A stretch of DNA of 64,000 nucleotides from Chitinophagales bacterium (GTDB lineage Bacteria; Bacteroidota; Bacteroidia; Chitinophagales; CAVYQA01): contig CAVYQA010000015.1 in NCBI GenBank assembly GCA_963770495.1, forward strand, positions 43,914 through 107,913, written 5' to 3'. Each line of letters starts with the position of its first letter. The stretch's first letter is position 1. Under the pieces are notes generated by a model that saw only the letters and a program-made list of their open reading frames with translations, searched no databases and was not told where the DNA came from. Positions 11,309-24,254 of the stretch are shown here, piece by piece. The translations under genes were made by a program, and so were the position numbers.

Positions 11309-11635
11309 AACAGATTAAACGTTTCCACCCTGGTTTATTGCGATAAAAATAGGAAATGCGCAAAGAGGAAGATAAAAACCTGCAGGAATCATATAAACAA
11401 GTTGCATGACCGATTACTGTATTTCTTTATTATGCAGAAATTATTGAGGGGGAGCTTTAAAAGAGTTTTTTGAACATCTTAAAAAAGAATTGATACTCTG
11501 TAAAAAATTACAAACACATTTTCCATAATTTTATAAAAGAATTTAACGTAAACCCCTGATAATTAATGATAAGCCAGGAGTAATTTATATTAAAAAATAG
11601 TTTGTTTTTTCATTTCTAATTGATACTTATTTCAT

Positions 11636-11643
11636 TATATTTG
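11636..11643 (+). promoter_or_regulatory. -7 box, probable promoter of giant fibre gene 1 (about 190-nt leader)
   Basis: TATATTTG matches TAnnTTTG in the AT-rich divergent intergenic region. Confidence 0.5.
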
Positions 11644-11836
11644 CTAAAATCTAAAAAAAAGCACATAATAATTGATATACATTATTGTAATACTTAACTA
11701 AATATATTTACTTTTTTAATTTTTCGCAATTGATTGCAGATTAGTTCGAAACTTTTTTATAATTAAACAATAATAAAACATCAATAGAGATCAACATTTT
11801 CAATAATAATTTAATAATATTAAAACCCTTAATGTT

Positions 11837-14800
11837 ATGTTAAAATCACTACGCTTTTTTGCTGTTAGTCTATTGTTACTTGCGGCAAATGCTTTGCAAG
11901 CCCAAAATGTAGGCATAGGAACAGCCGCACCTGCCCAGAAATTGGAAATAGCGGGAACCAATAATACAATACGTATTAATGGACTTAAAACAGGGGGCAA
12001 TTATAATGGAACAGCCGCAACATCCTCCAACATTTTGTACGTAAATAATACAACAGGAGATGTGTATGCATTGCCGTCAGGCGGAGTTGGAGCGATACTT
12101 ACTATAAACGCTTCGGGTATTCCCACCTGGTCAACCGGAGCTACTTCGGCAACTGCCTGGCAGTTAACGGGTAATACAGGAATTGCTACTCCTGCTGCTC
12201 CGGCAACTTATGGAACATCAACCATTACTTCAGGTAAAAACTGGCTGGGCACTACGGATGGAAATGATGTAGTGTTTGGCACCGATAACATTGAACGGAT
12301 GCGTATAGGCGGCGGAACAGTAGCAACTGCCGGCGATGTAGGTATAGGCACATCTGCACCCGCTACAACATTACACGTTGTACAAATTGGTAATCACACC
12401 AGTGATTTCGGTACCTATAATGTAGCGGTTCAGATTGAAAATAAATCAGGTACAGAGCCGATACTTTATATCAATGGTTCAACAGCCAATAATCCTTTAG
12501 CCGGTATTATAGAACGTGCAAGTTCAACAGCATTTTATTCAGGGTTGAATAATAGTGCAAATTATAGAATAGCAGGTATAGCATCCATCACTTCGGGTGC
12601 CGTAACCACTGCTAAAGACGGTACTGCCGGTATAACCGTATTAGAATCCAATGGCAATGTGGGTCTTAATTATACAACACCTGCAAATGCATTAGATATA
12701 AGCGGTGCAGAAGCTATAGGTAGTTATGCCGGAACAGCCGCTCCTTCTAACGGATTAATTGTTTCGGGCAATGTCGGTATAGGCACCTCTTCACTATCAT
12801 CGGGTAGCACATTAAACGTGGTTCAAAATGGTAATGTAGCCAGTGATTTTGGCGGCTATAATACAGCGGTTGAGATTCAAAATACAGCAGGTACAGAACC
12901 TGTCCTTTATATCAATGGTTCAACAGCTAATAATCCCTTAGCAGGTATTGTGCAACGTGGCAGCTCAACAGCGTTTTATGAAGGGTTGAATAATAATGCA
13001 AATTTTAGAATAGCAGGAATAACAGCAATCTCTCAAACTGGTTTCGGCAATGCTAAAGACGGCAGTGCAGGAATAACAGTATTAGAATCCAATGGCAATG
13101 TAGGTATTGGAATAATAGCACCTGCCCAGGCACTGCAGGTTGTAGGTAGTGTTCAGTTTTCACAGGCATTAATGCCTAATGGGGCTGCCGGTACAGCGGG
13201 CAATGTTCTGCTATCAGGTGGAGCCGGTACATTCCCAACATGGCTTGCTAATGGCAGCGCCAATCAAGTTCTTACCATTAGTGGCGGCGTTCCCACATGG
13301 GTGACACCAACTGCTACATCAGCCACTGCATGGCAGTTAACAGGTAATGCAATTGCCTATACTTTTAGCGCCTCGCCTACAAACTATTTGGGTACTACCG
13401 CTTCAAACGGTGCAGGTTTTCAATTTGGAGTTGGCGGTGCTAATGCCGGTCGTGTAGAATCCACAAACGGAAATACTGCTTTAGGTTATCAGACTTTAAA
13501 TGCTACCACCGGCACTTATAACGTTGCTATGGGTTATCAAACTTCAAATAGTACTATAACAGGACAGTATAACACAGCGTTAGGGTATCAATCATATTTG
13601 GGACCGGGAACTACTTCGGGATCGTATAATATAGCGATTGGTTACCAGGCGCTCAATACGACAGTGTGGGGTACAAATGTCAATACAGCGTCTAATAATA
13701 TTGCTATTGGAAACCAATCATTAACAAGTATAACTACGTCACATGATGAAATAGGTATAGGAAATAGTGCCGGCGCTGCTATTATAACCGGTACTCAGAA
13801 TATAGCAATTGGCTATGCCGCAATGTATAATACCGGTGGAGGTGATAATAACAATACTGCTATTGGGTATTTAGCCTTAGAAGGGTTCGGAGCAAATGTA
13901 AATGACAATACAGCCATTGGCACTAATGCCTTACAGAATGGAGCATCAAGCGACAACGTAGCTATAGGATATAATTCTATGGAAGAAAACTTTCTTACCA
14001 GTGTAGGTTTTAATGTCGCTGTTGGTTCCGGAACACTTCAAGTAGGAAACACTGTTTCTAACTCTACGGCTATCGGGTATTATTCATTACATACTGCTAC
14101 CGCAGGTAACAATACCGCTGTCGGATATTCTTCATTATCCTCTAACCTGAGCGGCTCCAGTAACGTAGCTATGGGGTATGATGTTCTTTTATCAAACACT
14201 TCTGGCAGTAATAATACGGCATTAGGTTACCAGGCGGGTTACACGGCAACACCTGCTAACGCAAATGTCACAGGCAGTAATAATACTTTTATTGGTTATA
14301 ATGCAGGTCCCGGAACAGCCACACAGTTATCCAATGCGACAGCTCTTGGTAACGGCGCATTAGCTCCTATTAGCAATTCAATAACTCTAGGTAACTCTGC
14401 GGCTACAAGTCTTTATATACCGGGTTATCAAACAGCAGGCGCATTATTATATACCACAGCTGCAACCGGGCTTGTTGGATCGACCGGTGTTGGTACAAGC
14501 GGGCAGGTATTAGAATCAACAGGCGGAGGCGCTCCGACATGGACAACCTTAACTACATCAGCAACTGCATGGCAGCTAACAGGTAACGAGCGGAGTAACT
14601 TATGCAGCTAATTTTATAGGTACGGTAAGCGGCACTGACCAGGCACTTAAGTTTGAAGTAAACGGTTCAACAGCAGGGCGAATTGAGGATATAAATACAG
14701 GTAATAATGCTTACGGCAATACTTCATTAGGTTACCTGGCATTAAGTGTGCCGTCTACAGGATTCTCAAATGTAGCAATAGGTAAAGAAGCTCTTCGTAA

Positions 14801-17800
14801 CAATGCGGCTGACTATAATGTGGCAGTTGGCGATAGTGCGTTGGTTAGTAATACTACAGGTACCTATAACATAGGAATAGGAAATAATGCATTAGCAACA
14901 AACATATCAGGTTTATTGAATACTGCTGTCGGATATTATGCATTAAATGCCAATAACAGCGGTAGTTACAATACAGCACTCGGAAATAGTGCATTATTGG
15001 GGAATACTTCAGGTGGCGACAATGTTGCAGTAGGGTCGTTTGCATTATATTCAAACCAAACAGGTACTGCCAATGTCGCCATTGGATATGAAGCTTTGGA
15101 AGCCAGCACATCAACCAACCCCAGTACTGCCGTCGGTTATTTTGCTTTAGGTCATAATACAACAGGTGGTCTCAATACAGCGGTAGGATACGATGCTTTA
15201 GGTGTAGGAAACACAACAGGTGTTGACGATGATGCTTTCGGTTATTTTACGGGGGCAAGGAATAATGGCAACTATAATGTGGCGCTTGGCGATGCGGCTC
15301 TCCGCACTCCTACAGGCACTTCAAGTAACAACGTTGCTGTTGGGTACAGTGCCTTAACCGCTTCAAATGCAAGTGTTGGTAATAACACAGCCATAGGATA
15401 CGAATCTAGTTACAGCACTACAACCGGTTCAAACAATACAGCATTAGGCTACCAGTCATTATATACTAATGCCGCTTCCGCCTCAAACGTTGCAATAGGA
15501 GCTAATGCATTATATAATAATACCGTCAGCAAGAATACAGCAGTGGGCGATAGTGCACTTGCTTACAATTCAACCGGCACACTTAACACAGCTTTAGGTT
15601 ATAATGCCACTGTATCGGCAAATAATTTATCCAATGCAACAGCAATCGGCGCGAATGCAATAGCTCCTGTAAGCAACTCAGTAACATTAGGTAATTCGGC
15701 AGTTGCAAGCCTTTATTTGCCGGGATATACTTCAGCGGGTGCATTATTATATACTTCCGCTGCAAGCGGGCTTGTTCAATCAACAGGTGTTGGTACAAGC
15801 GGGCAGGTATTACAGTCAAATGGTACAGGCGTTCCCACATGGGTAACACCTGCTGCGGCATCGGCTACAGCTTGGGCTTTAACAGGTAATACAGGAACAA
15901 CTTACGGTACTAACTATATTGGCACTAATGATCTTCAAGGTTTAATGTTTAAAGTTGACGGCACAATAGCCGGGCGTATTGAAGAGTTAAAAGCCAGTCA
16001 GAATCTCAATGCCAATACGGCAATTGGTGATTCAGCATTAATATCCAACACCACAGGTGGATGGAATACAGCAGTAGGTTACCAGGCTTTAGGTGACAAT
16101 ACCCAGGGATACTATAATACAGGAATAGGATGGGGAGCAAATGCTTTAAACACAACGGGTTCTTCCAATACTGCAGTTGGACTCGACGCTTTATATTCAA
16201 ACAACACAGGCGGATACAATACAGCCCTTGGGTATGCTAGTATGGGGTTAAATACCACTGGTAATAACAATATTGCTATTGGAGCTTGGGCATTGGATGA
16301 TAACACCACAGGTTCTGGCAACATTGCCATTGGGTATGAAGCTTTGGTGGCAAACACCACAACTAATCCCAGTACTGCCATTGGTTACTTTGCTATAGGG
16401 CACAACACTACTGGCGGTCCCAATACCGCATTAGGTTATGAAGCTTTAGATCTGAATGTTACAGGTACTAACGAGGATGCTTTTGGTTACCTGGCAGGTT
16501 TTAGGAATACCGGCAGCTTTAATGTTGCGCTTGGAGATATGACTCTACGCACTCCTTCAGGCACTTCAAGTAACAACGTTGCTGTTGGTTACAGTGCTTT
16601 AACCGCTTCAAATGCCAGTGTTGGTAACAACACAGCCATAGGTTACGAATCCGGTTATACCACTTCAACCGGTTCAAACAATACCGCCTTAGGCTACCTG
16701 TCGTTATATACTAATACTATTCACGCCTCAAATGTAGCAATAGGAGCAAATGCGCTTTTAGATAACAACGTCAGTCAAAATACAGCAGTGGGTGATAGCG
16801 CTTTAGCAACTAACGTTAGCGGCACTGGTAATACAGCGTTGGGTTATCAGGCAGGAGCTGTTACAACCGGTTCTTTTAACCAATTTGAAGGGTACCAGGC
16901 GGGAAGTAATAATTCAACCGGCGCTAACAATACTTTTATCGGGTATAGCACAGGCACTACAAATACTACAGGCTCCAATAATACACTTTTGGGCAGTGCC
17001 GCCAACATAAATGCAGCCGGGTTAACTAATGCAACAGCAATAGGAGCAGGTGCTACAGCTCTTGCAACCAACTCAATAACGTTGGGCAATTCGGCAGTTT
17101 CAAACCTTTATTTGCCCGGATATCCTACTGTTGGAGAAATGTTCTATACCTCCAATGGAAACGGGCTTGTTTCACCTCTTAATATAGGGACAACCGGACA
17201 AGTATTGACAGTATCAGGCGGTGTTCCCACATGGGTAACACCCACTGCAACATCAGCTACTGCATGGCAGCTAACAGGTAATGCTGTTGCCTATTCTTTT
17301 AGTGCTACACCTGCTACCTATTTGGGTACTACCTCCGGAAACGGTGCGGGTTTTCAATTTGGAGTTGGCGGCAATAACGCCGGGCGTGTTGAATCCACTA
17401 ACGCAAATGCTGCATTGGGTTATCAGACATTAAATGCAAATATTACAGGTACCGGTAATGCAGCAATCGGTTATCAGGCATTACTTGCCAATACGACAGG
17501 CACGAACAATGTTTCTATGGGTTACCAGGCATTAAAAACAAGCACAACAGCTGCGTCAAATGTGGCAGTAGGTAAATTTGCGTTAGAACTTTCAACAGTT
17601 AGTCAAAACGTGGCAATAGGCGATAGCGCATTATCACTTAATACGTCAGGAGTTCGCAATACCGCAGTAGGTTACCAGGCGGGAACAAATAATACAACAG
17701 GTACTGATAACGTATCAATAGGGTGGGAAGCAGGTTATTATCCTGGTTCAACCAGTAATAACACAGCAATAGATAATATTGGTATCGGAACTTATGCAAT

Positions 17801-20800
17801 GTCAGGTTATGGTGGTTCATTCATTGGCACACCCGGTTCTCATAATATAGGTATTGGTGAAGAAGCAACGGATGATCTCTCAACAGGTAGTAATAACATT
17901 GGTATTGGTTATGAGTCTTTATTACTTGAAGCCACCGGAAGTTATAATATTGCTCTTGGAATTGGAGTAATGCTTCAGGATCAATCTTCCAGCAATAATA
18001 TAGGTATAGGTTATAACGTATTAGAGCAGGGTGGCGGTGGAGGAAATAACATTGCCATTGGAAACAACAGCATGGCACTTAACCTTAGTGGTAGTAATAG
18101 CGTGGCGATTGGTACAAATGCAATACAAAATGGAAATGGCTCTCTGGCTAACACTGCAGTAGGTTATCAGGCTTTACAAAATAATGGCAGTAACTGGGCA
18201 CCGGGGGCTGATGGTGATTATAATGTAGCTGTAGGTTATGACGCATTATTGAATGCACATGGAGCAGCTCAAAACGTTGCTGTTGGTTATAACGCTGCTA
18301 TAAATACAAATAGCTTTACAGTTAATGGCAGTGCTGTGAATAACGTTGCAATTGGTTATAATGCTTTTAGCACTAATACTACTGGTAGCAATAACGTAGC
18401 AATTGGTTCCAATGCCAATGTAGCTTCTGCTGCGTTAACCAATGCAACAGTAATAGGCTACAATGCCACAGCGCCTGTAAGCAATTCAGTAACTTTGGGT
18501 AGTTCAGCAGCTACGAGTTTATATATACCAGGATATAATACGGCAGGTGCTTTATTATACACTTCAGCAGGAACCGGGTTGGTAGCATCAACGGGAGTTG
18601 GCACAAGCGGACAGGTATTAGAATCAACAGGTGGAGGCGCTCCAACATGGACAACCCTAACAACATCAGCTACTGCATGGCAATTAACAGGTAATTCAGG
18701 AACAACACCCGGTACTAATTTTATAGGCACTACCGATGCCAAAGCGCTTGAATTTAAAGTGGATGGAAAACAAGCAGGGTGGATTGACTATAACGGTAAC
18801 GAGAATACCTATTTTGGCTACCAGGCAGGTAATTTATCCGCCAGCGGCGGCAATGTCGCTATCGGATACGATGCGCTTCTCAGCTCCGGCGGAACTTCAA
18901 ATATCGGCATCGGAAATTCGACTCTTATTTTTAACACCAGCGGCAGCAACAATATCGCTATCGGCGGCGGTGTGCTTAATAACAACTCCTCCGGGTCTCA
19001 AAATGTGGGCGTCGGAGCAGGTACACTCTTTAATACCGGCAGCGGCTCTTACAATACCGCTGTTGGAGGTAATGCACTTAATGGCAGCGGCGGATCGTAC
19101 AACACCGCCCTTGGATTCAATGCCATGTCGCAGAACGGACCAAGTTTTAGCACTGCTATTGGAAATGAAGCAGGAGCCAATAACTCCGGTAACCAGAATG
19201 TGTTTGTAGGCGACAGTGCAGGGTATAATAATATTAATGCATCAGGAATAACCTTTGTGGGGTTTGCAGCAGGAACAAACAACTCGAGTGGAACAAATAA
19301 CACTGCCCTTGGGTATAATACTCTTAACACTAATTCAAGCGGAAGTAACATTACCGCTTTAGGTTATGGCGCCAACGTAAGTTCAGACGGCTTAACCAAT
19401 GCAACGATAATAGGCGCTAATGCAACAGCGATTGCAAGTAACTCAATAACATTAGGTAATTCTGCAGCTACAAGCCTTTATATACCCGGTTACCAAACAG
19501 CGGGTGCATTATTATATACTTCAGCTGCAACCGGACTGGTTGCATCGACTACAGCCGGTACAAGCGGGCAGGTATTAGAATCAACCGGCGGCGGTGCACC
19601 AACATGGACAACCCTAACCACATCAGCCACTGCATGGCAGCTCACCGGCAACGCGGTTGCCTATAGCCCTAGTGCTTCACCTACTAACTATTTGGGTACA
19701 ACTATTTCCGGTGGTACTGGTTTTCAATTTGGAGTTAGCGGCAGTAATGCTGGCCGAATTGAGGGTGGCGCTACTCTTAATACCGCACTGGGTTATTTGT
19801 CATTAAATCCCAGCACCACAGGCACTAAAAATTCGGCTTTAGGAGCCAGGTCCTTAAATGCTAATACCACCGGTTCTGAAAACTCGGCTGTTGGTAATGG
19901 TTCATTAACTTCCAACACTTCCGGCAGCAACAATTCGGCTTTAGGATTTGCCGCTTTGGCTGATAATACTTCGGGATCTTCTAATACAGGCATAGGTGTT
20001 GATGCGTTAAACAATAATACCTTGGGCGGTAACAATGCAGCTTTAGGATATGAGGCGTTAACCGCTAACACCACCGGCAATAATAATGTTGCAGTTGGTG
20101 TTCAGGCAATGTATAGCAATACCACCGGCGCCAGTAACGTAGCTGTTGGACAAAATGCCTTATATTCCGATATCGTTCCTTCTTCTAACGGCAGTCAAAA
20201 TACAGCCATTGGTACTTATTCATTATATGGTGCCATAAGCGGTGCTGCACGGAATACAGCTGTCGGAGATTCAGCTTTGGTCAGTAACACGACCGGCGCA
20301 CAAAATACGGCTTTAGGTTACAATGCCAATGTAAGTTCAGGCGCTTTAACCAATGCCACAGCTATAGGCGCAAATGCATCTGTTGCACAAAGCAACTCTT
20401 TAATTTTGGGTTCAATAAACGGAGTAAACGGTGCGACAGCCAATACCAGTGTCGGTATTGGTACAAATACACCTAACAGCACTCTGCATGTCAATGGCTC
20501 AATGTCTGTTGCTGTAACTAATATTACTCCCGCTCTATCTCCTTATTCAGCAGGTTCGGGTGATTATATTGTTGAAGGCGATTGCAGCACCGGCAATATT
20601 ACAATAAATCTTCCCGATGCCACTACTATGAAGGGCAGGATATATTATATCGTCCGTTACGATGCAACCTTTAATTCGGCTAATACACTTACTGTAGGTA
20701 CTACAAATAACACCTCCAGTCAGAATAATATTGGTCCCTATGGCGCGTCTATCTCACTTTCTGACGAATATGAACAGGAGTATATTGCAAGTGACGGAAA

Positions 20801-20837
20801 TAACTGGCTTATTCTTGGCAGCAGTAAAATGCAATAA
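11837..20837 (+). CDS. Giant (about 2,999 aa) secreted beta-roll / tail-fibre-like repeat protein 1
   Basis: Track ORFs 11837-14611 and 14748-20837 join into one frame when one base at 14588 is removed (TGN-SGVTYAANFIGT, as in the sister repeat TGNSGTTPGTNFIGT). Sec signal then QNVGIGT; dozens of about 14-aa NxAxGxxAL repeats; seven AW(Q/A)LTGN linkers; C-terminal TINLPDA...GRIYYI...SDGNNW domain. Confidence 0.85.
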
Positions 20838-20845
20838 TAATGGAG

Positions 20846-20885
20846 CAGTAACCCGGTTTGTTTAAAGAACCGGGCTACTGTTTTA
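20846..20885 (+). terminator. Intrinsic terminator after giant gene 1
   Basis: CAGTAACCCGGTT / AACCGGGCTACTG stem (one mismatch) followed by a T-run. Confidence 0.8.
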
Positions 20886-21129
20886 AAGCTTTATATACCA
20901 CTTCGACATTAGAATTTTAATATTTTGCATGCAATACCATGCCCTGTATTTAAAATTACTTAATTATCAGTTCTATTTTTTTAGCAAACTTTATTGGAGA
21001 TAAATTGTAAATAATTACCTGATTGTAACAAATTTTATCTGCTATAAGCTCATTCATTAGCTTGCAAGAATCATATAAAAAAATAGGTGCAAAATGACCA
21101 AAGTCATATTTTGGTTTATACAACACCTC

Positions 21130-21137
21130 TAATTTTG
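21130..21137 (+). promoter_or_regulatory. -7 box upstream of tnaA
   Basis: TAATTTTG, 80 nt upstream of the tnaA ATG. Confidence 0.55.
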
Positions 21138-21158
21138 CCGACAAAAATTTAGATAATT

Positions 21159-21227
21159 ATGGCGAAAGCAAGGAAAAGGTTATGGGCAGTTTTAAAAAAC
21201 GCAGATAGAATTATTTATGGAATTTAA
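21159..21227 (+). other. Possible Trp-containing leader peptide overlapping the tnaA start
   Basis: ATG 21159 gives [22 protein letters not shown], downstream of the -7 box and overlapping the tnaA ATG by 11 nt. Confidence 0.3.
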
Positions 21228-22597
21228 AACTATAATAGAGCCATTTCGCATTAAGTCTGTTGAGCCATTGCAGATGAGTACGGAGGAACAACGAATAAAG
21301 TTTTTATCAGATGCTCATTACAATCCGTTTCTTCTAAAAAGCGAAGAGGTGATTATTGATTTGCTTACCGACAGACGGCACATCAGCCATGAGTACTAAC
21401 CAGTGGGCTGCTATGATGCAAGGTGATGAATCTTATGCAGGCGCCAAAAGCTGGAAACGGTTTGAAAAGGCGGTTTATGAATTTACCGGTATGCCTTATA
21501 TATTACCTACCCACCAGGGACGTGCGGCAGAGCGCATTCTTTACAGTCACCTGGGCGGGAAAGGGAAATATTTTATAAGTAATACCCATTTCGATACAAC
21601 ACGGGCGAATATTGAATACAGCGGGGCAACAGCCATTGATATACCGGTAAGCGCTGCATACGATTTTTCATCCGATTACCCGTTTAAAGGCGACCTCGAT
21701 GTCATTCAACTCGAGCAACTTATTAAAAAATTGGATGCCAAAAATATTGCCGGTGTCATTCTCACGGTTACCAACAACAGTGGCGGGGGGCAACCTGCAA
21801 GTATGCGCAATGCCCGCGAAGTTGCCGCCATGTGCAAACTGCATGGTATTCGATTTATAATTGATGCGTGTCGTATTGCGGAGAATGGCTATTTTATTCA
21901 TTTGCGTGAAGAGGGCTATGTCGATAAAACCATTAAGCAAATTGTGTTTGAGATGTTTTCACTGGCTGATGCCTGTATTATGAGCGCCAAGAAAGATGCG
22001 TTGGTTAATATGGGTGGCTTTTTGGCGTTGCGCGATAAAAAAACAGCCGATGCCTGCATTCAACTCTTAATTATAACAGAAGGGTATACAACCTATGGAG
22101 GTCTTTCTGGTCGTGATATGGAAGCCATTGCTGTGGGATTAAGTGAAGGACAGGACATGGATTATTTACATTATCGTATAAAAAGTACACAATATCTTGG
22201 TGAAAATATAAGACGCAAAGGGATTCCCATTATTTACCCGGTGGGTGGTCACGCTGTTTATGTAGATGCCAAAGCTCTTTATCCGCACATACCTGTCGAG
22301 CAATATCCCGGGCAGGCTTTGGTTTGCGAATTATATCGCATTGGCGGAATACGATGTGTGGAGATTGGTTCGGTAATGTTCGGCAAATATGATGGTAATG
22401 GAAAACTCATTCCGGCGCCGATGGAATTGGTACGGCTGGCTATCCCCCGCCGCACCTACACCCAAAGCCATATAGATTACGTGGTCGAGGTTTTTGACGA
22501 GATAATTAAAACCAAACATAATACAACAGGGCTGCGGATTATCCGGGAACCTGAATTCCTTCGTCATTTTACAGCACATTTTGAGAAAAATGTTTAG
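21217..22597 (+). CDS. tnaA: Tryptophanase (one apparent +1 indel at 21375)
   Basis: EPFRIKSVE start; removing A21375 restores DLLTDSGTSAMS; THQGRAAE; PLP lysine in SAKKD. FDTT and LRHFTA residues match tryptophanase rather than tyrosine phenol-lyase (FTTT, LRFFTA). 459 aa when joined. Confidence 0.9.
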
Positions 22598-22614
22598 TAA
22601 AAAGATAGGACTAA

Positions 22615-24204
22615 TTAATTTTTAGAAATGGCAAAGAGACTATTCGTATTTCTTGGATAGTCAATATTATAATTAAGTCCGCGGCTTTCATGGCGTGAAA
22701 GGCTATCCTCAATGATAAGAATCGCTACCGTAATAAGATTACGGAGTTCACACAATTTTGAATAAATATCATTTTCTGTGTATAATTCTTCAACATCCTT
22801 TTCAATCAACTTCATTTTATCCAACGCGAGGTTCAATCGTTTATTACTTCTTACAATACCAATATAATCATTCATTATAGTTTGTACTTCCGATCTGTAT
22901 TGATCGAGTAATGTATCTTCTATCGGTGTTGAATCCCGTTTTGTTTTCCATTCCGGAAGATTTTTGCCAATACTATATGAATAAATATTGGCTGACGCGT
23001 GCTGAAAACTCCGATGGGCAAATACCATCGCTTCAAGTAATGAGTTTGAGGCAAGGCGATTCGCGCCATGAAGCCCTGTACAGGCACATTCGCCGCAACT
23101 ATAAAGTTGTTTAATTGAAGTTCTGCCATGTTCATCCGTAGCGATACCGCCGCACAAATAATGAGCCGCAGGTGCAATGGGTATCATATCAGTCATAATG
23201 TCTATACCAAGAGAAAGGCATTTATCATATATATGAGGAAAGTGTTCAATAAATTTTTTCTTATCAAGATGCCGGCAATCCAATAAAACAAAATTGTCTC
23301 CTCTTTTTTTCATTTCACTGTCAATTGCACGTGCAACAATATCGCGAGGGGCTAATGACAAGCGCGAATCATAATTATGCATGAATTCGTTCCCGTCAAT
23401 GGTTTTCAATATGGCTCCGAATCCGCGTACTGCTTCGGAAATCAGAAATGACGGGCTTTCGGGCGGGTTATAAAGCGCAGTAGGATGAAACTGGATAAAC
23501 GCCATATTATTTATTTTCGCTTGTGCCCGCCATGACATGGCAATACCATCACCTGTGGCAATAAGGGGATTGGTGGTAATTTTATAAACCTGCCCCACTC
23601 CACCGGTTGCAAGAAGGGTTGCCTTACCAAGAATTACCTCTACTTTATTAGTATTAATATTCAAAGCGTATACGCCAAAACAGGTAGTTTCATTTTTAGA
23701 TAATTTAGTATCATCCGAATGATGGTTTGTGATAAGATCAATCGCGAAATAATGAGTGAACAGTTCAATGTTGGGATGATTTTTTATTTGTTTCAGAAGC
23801 GCCCGTTCTATCTCTAACCCTGTAATATCTTTATGATGTAAAATTCTATGGGCGCTGTGCCCACCTTCGCGCGCGAGGTCGAATTCACCCGATGTAGTTT
23901 TATCGAAACTGGTTCCCCACTCAATCAGGTCAATAATCCGTCGCGGTCCCTCATTAACCACGATTTCAACGATTTTCTTATTGCATAAACCATCGCCCGC
24001 AATAATGGTATCCCTGATATGCTTTTCATACGAATCCTTTAATAAATCCGTCACGGCAGACACACCGCCTTGTGCGTATTTTGTGTTCGACTCATCCTTA
24101 TCGCCTTTAGTTAATATGATAACCTTTCCGCTTTCTGCGGCTTTAAGTGCGAAATAAAGTCCGCCAATACCACTTCCAATTACAAGATAATCGGCTCTTT
24201 TCAT
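22615..24204 (-). CDS. nadB: L-aspartate oxidase
   Basis: GSGIGG FAD motif, SNTKYAQGGV, REGGHS, QFHPT, LISEAVRG, GLHGANRLASNSLLE, HESRG; next to nadA. Confidence 0.96.
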   Translation of the reverse strand: MKRADYLVIGSGIGGLYFALKAAESGKVIILTKGDKDESNTKYAQGGVSAVTDLLKDSYEKHIRDTIIAGDGLCNKKIVEIVVNEGPRRIIDLIEWGTSFDKTTSGEFDLAREGGHSAHRILHHKDITGLEIERALLKQIKNHPNIELFTHYFAIDLITNHHSDDTKLSKNETTCFGVYALNINTNKVEVILGKATLLATGGVGQVYKITTNPLIATGDGIAMSWRAQAKINNMAFIQFHPTALYNPPESPSFLISEAVRGFGAILKTIDGNEFMHNYDSRLSLAPRDIVARAIDSEMKKRGDNFVLLDCRHLDKKKFIEHFPHIYDKCLSLGIDIMTDMIPIAPAAHYLCGGIATDEHGRTSIKQLYSCGECACTGLHGANRLASNSLLEAMVFAHRSFQHASANIYSYSIGKNLPEWKTKRDSTPIEDTLLDQYRSEVQTIMNDYIGIVRSNKRLNLALDKMKLIEKDVEELYTENDIYSKLCELRNLITVAILIIEDSLSRHESRGLNYNIDYPRNTNSLFAISKN

Positions 24205-24254
24205 TCGTATAAAAATTGAGTAAAATTAACTAATTAAGGAAAATACTTTTGTGT

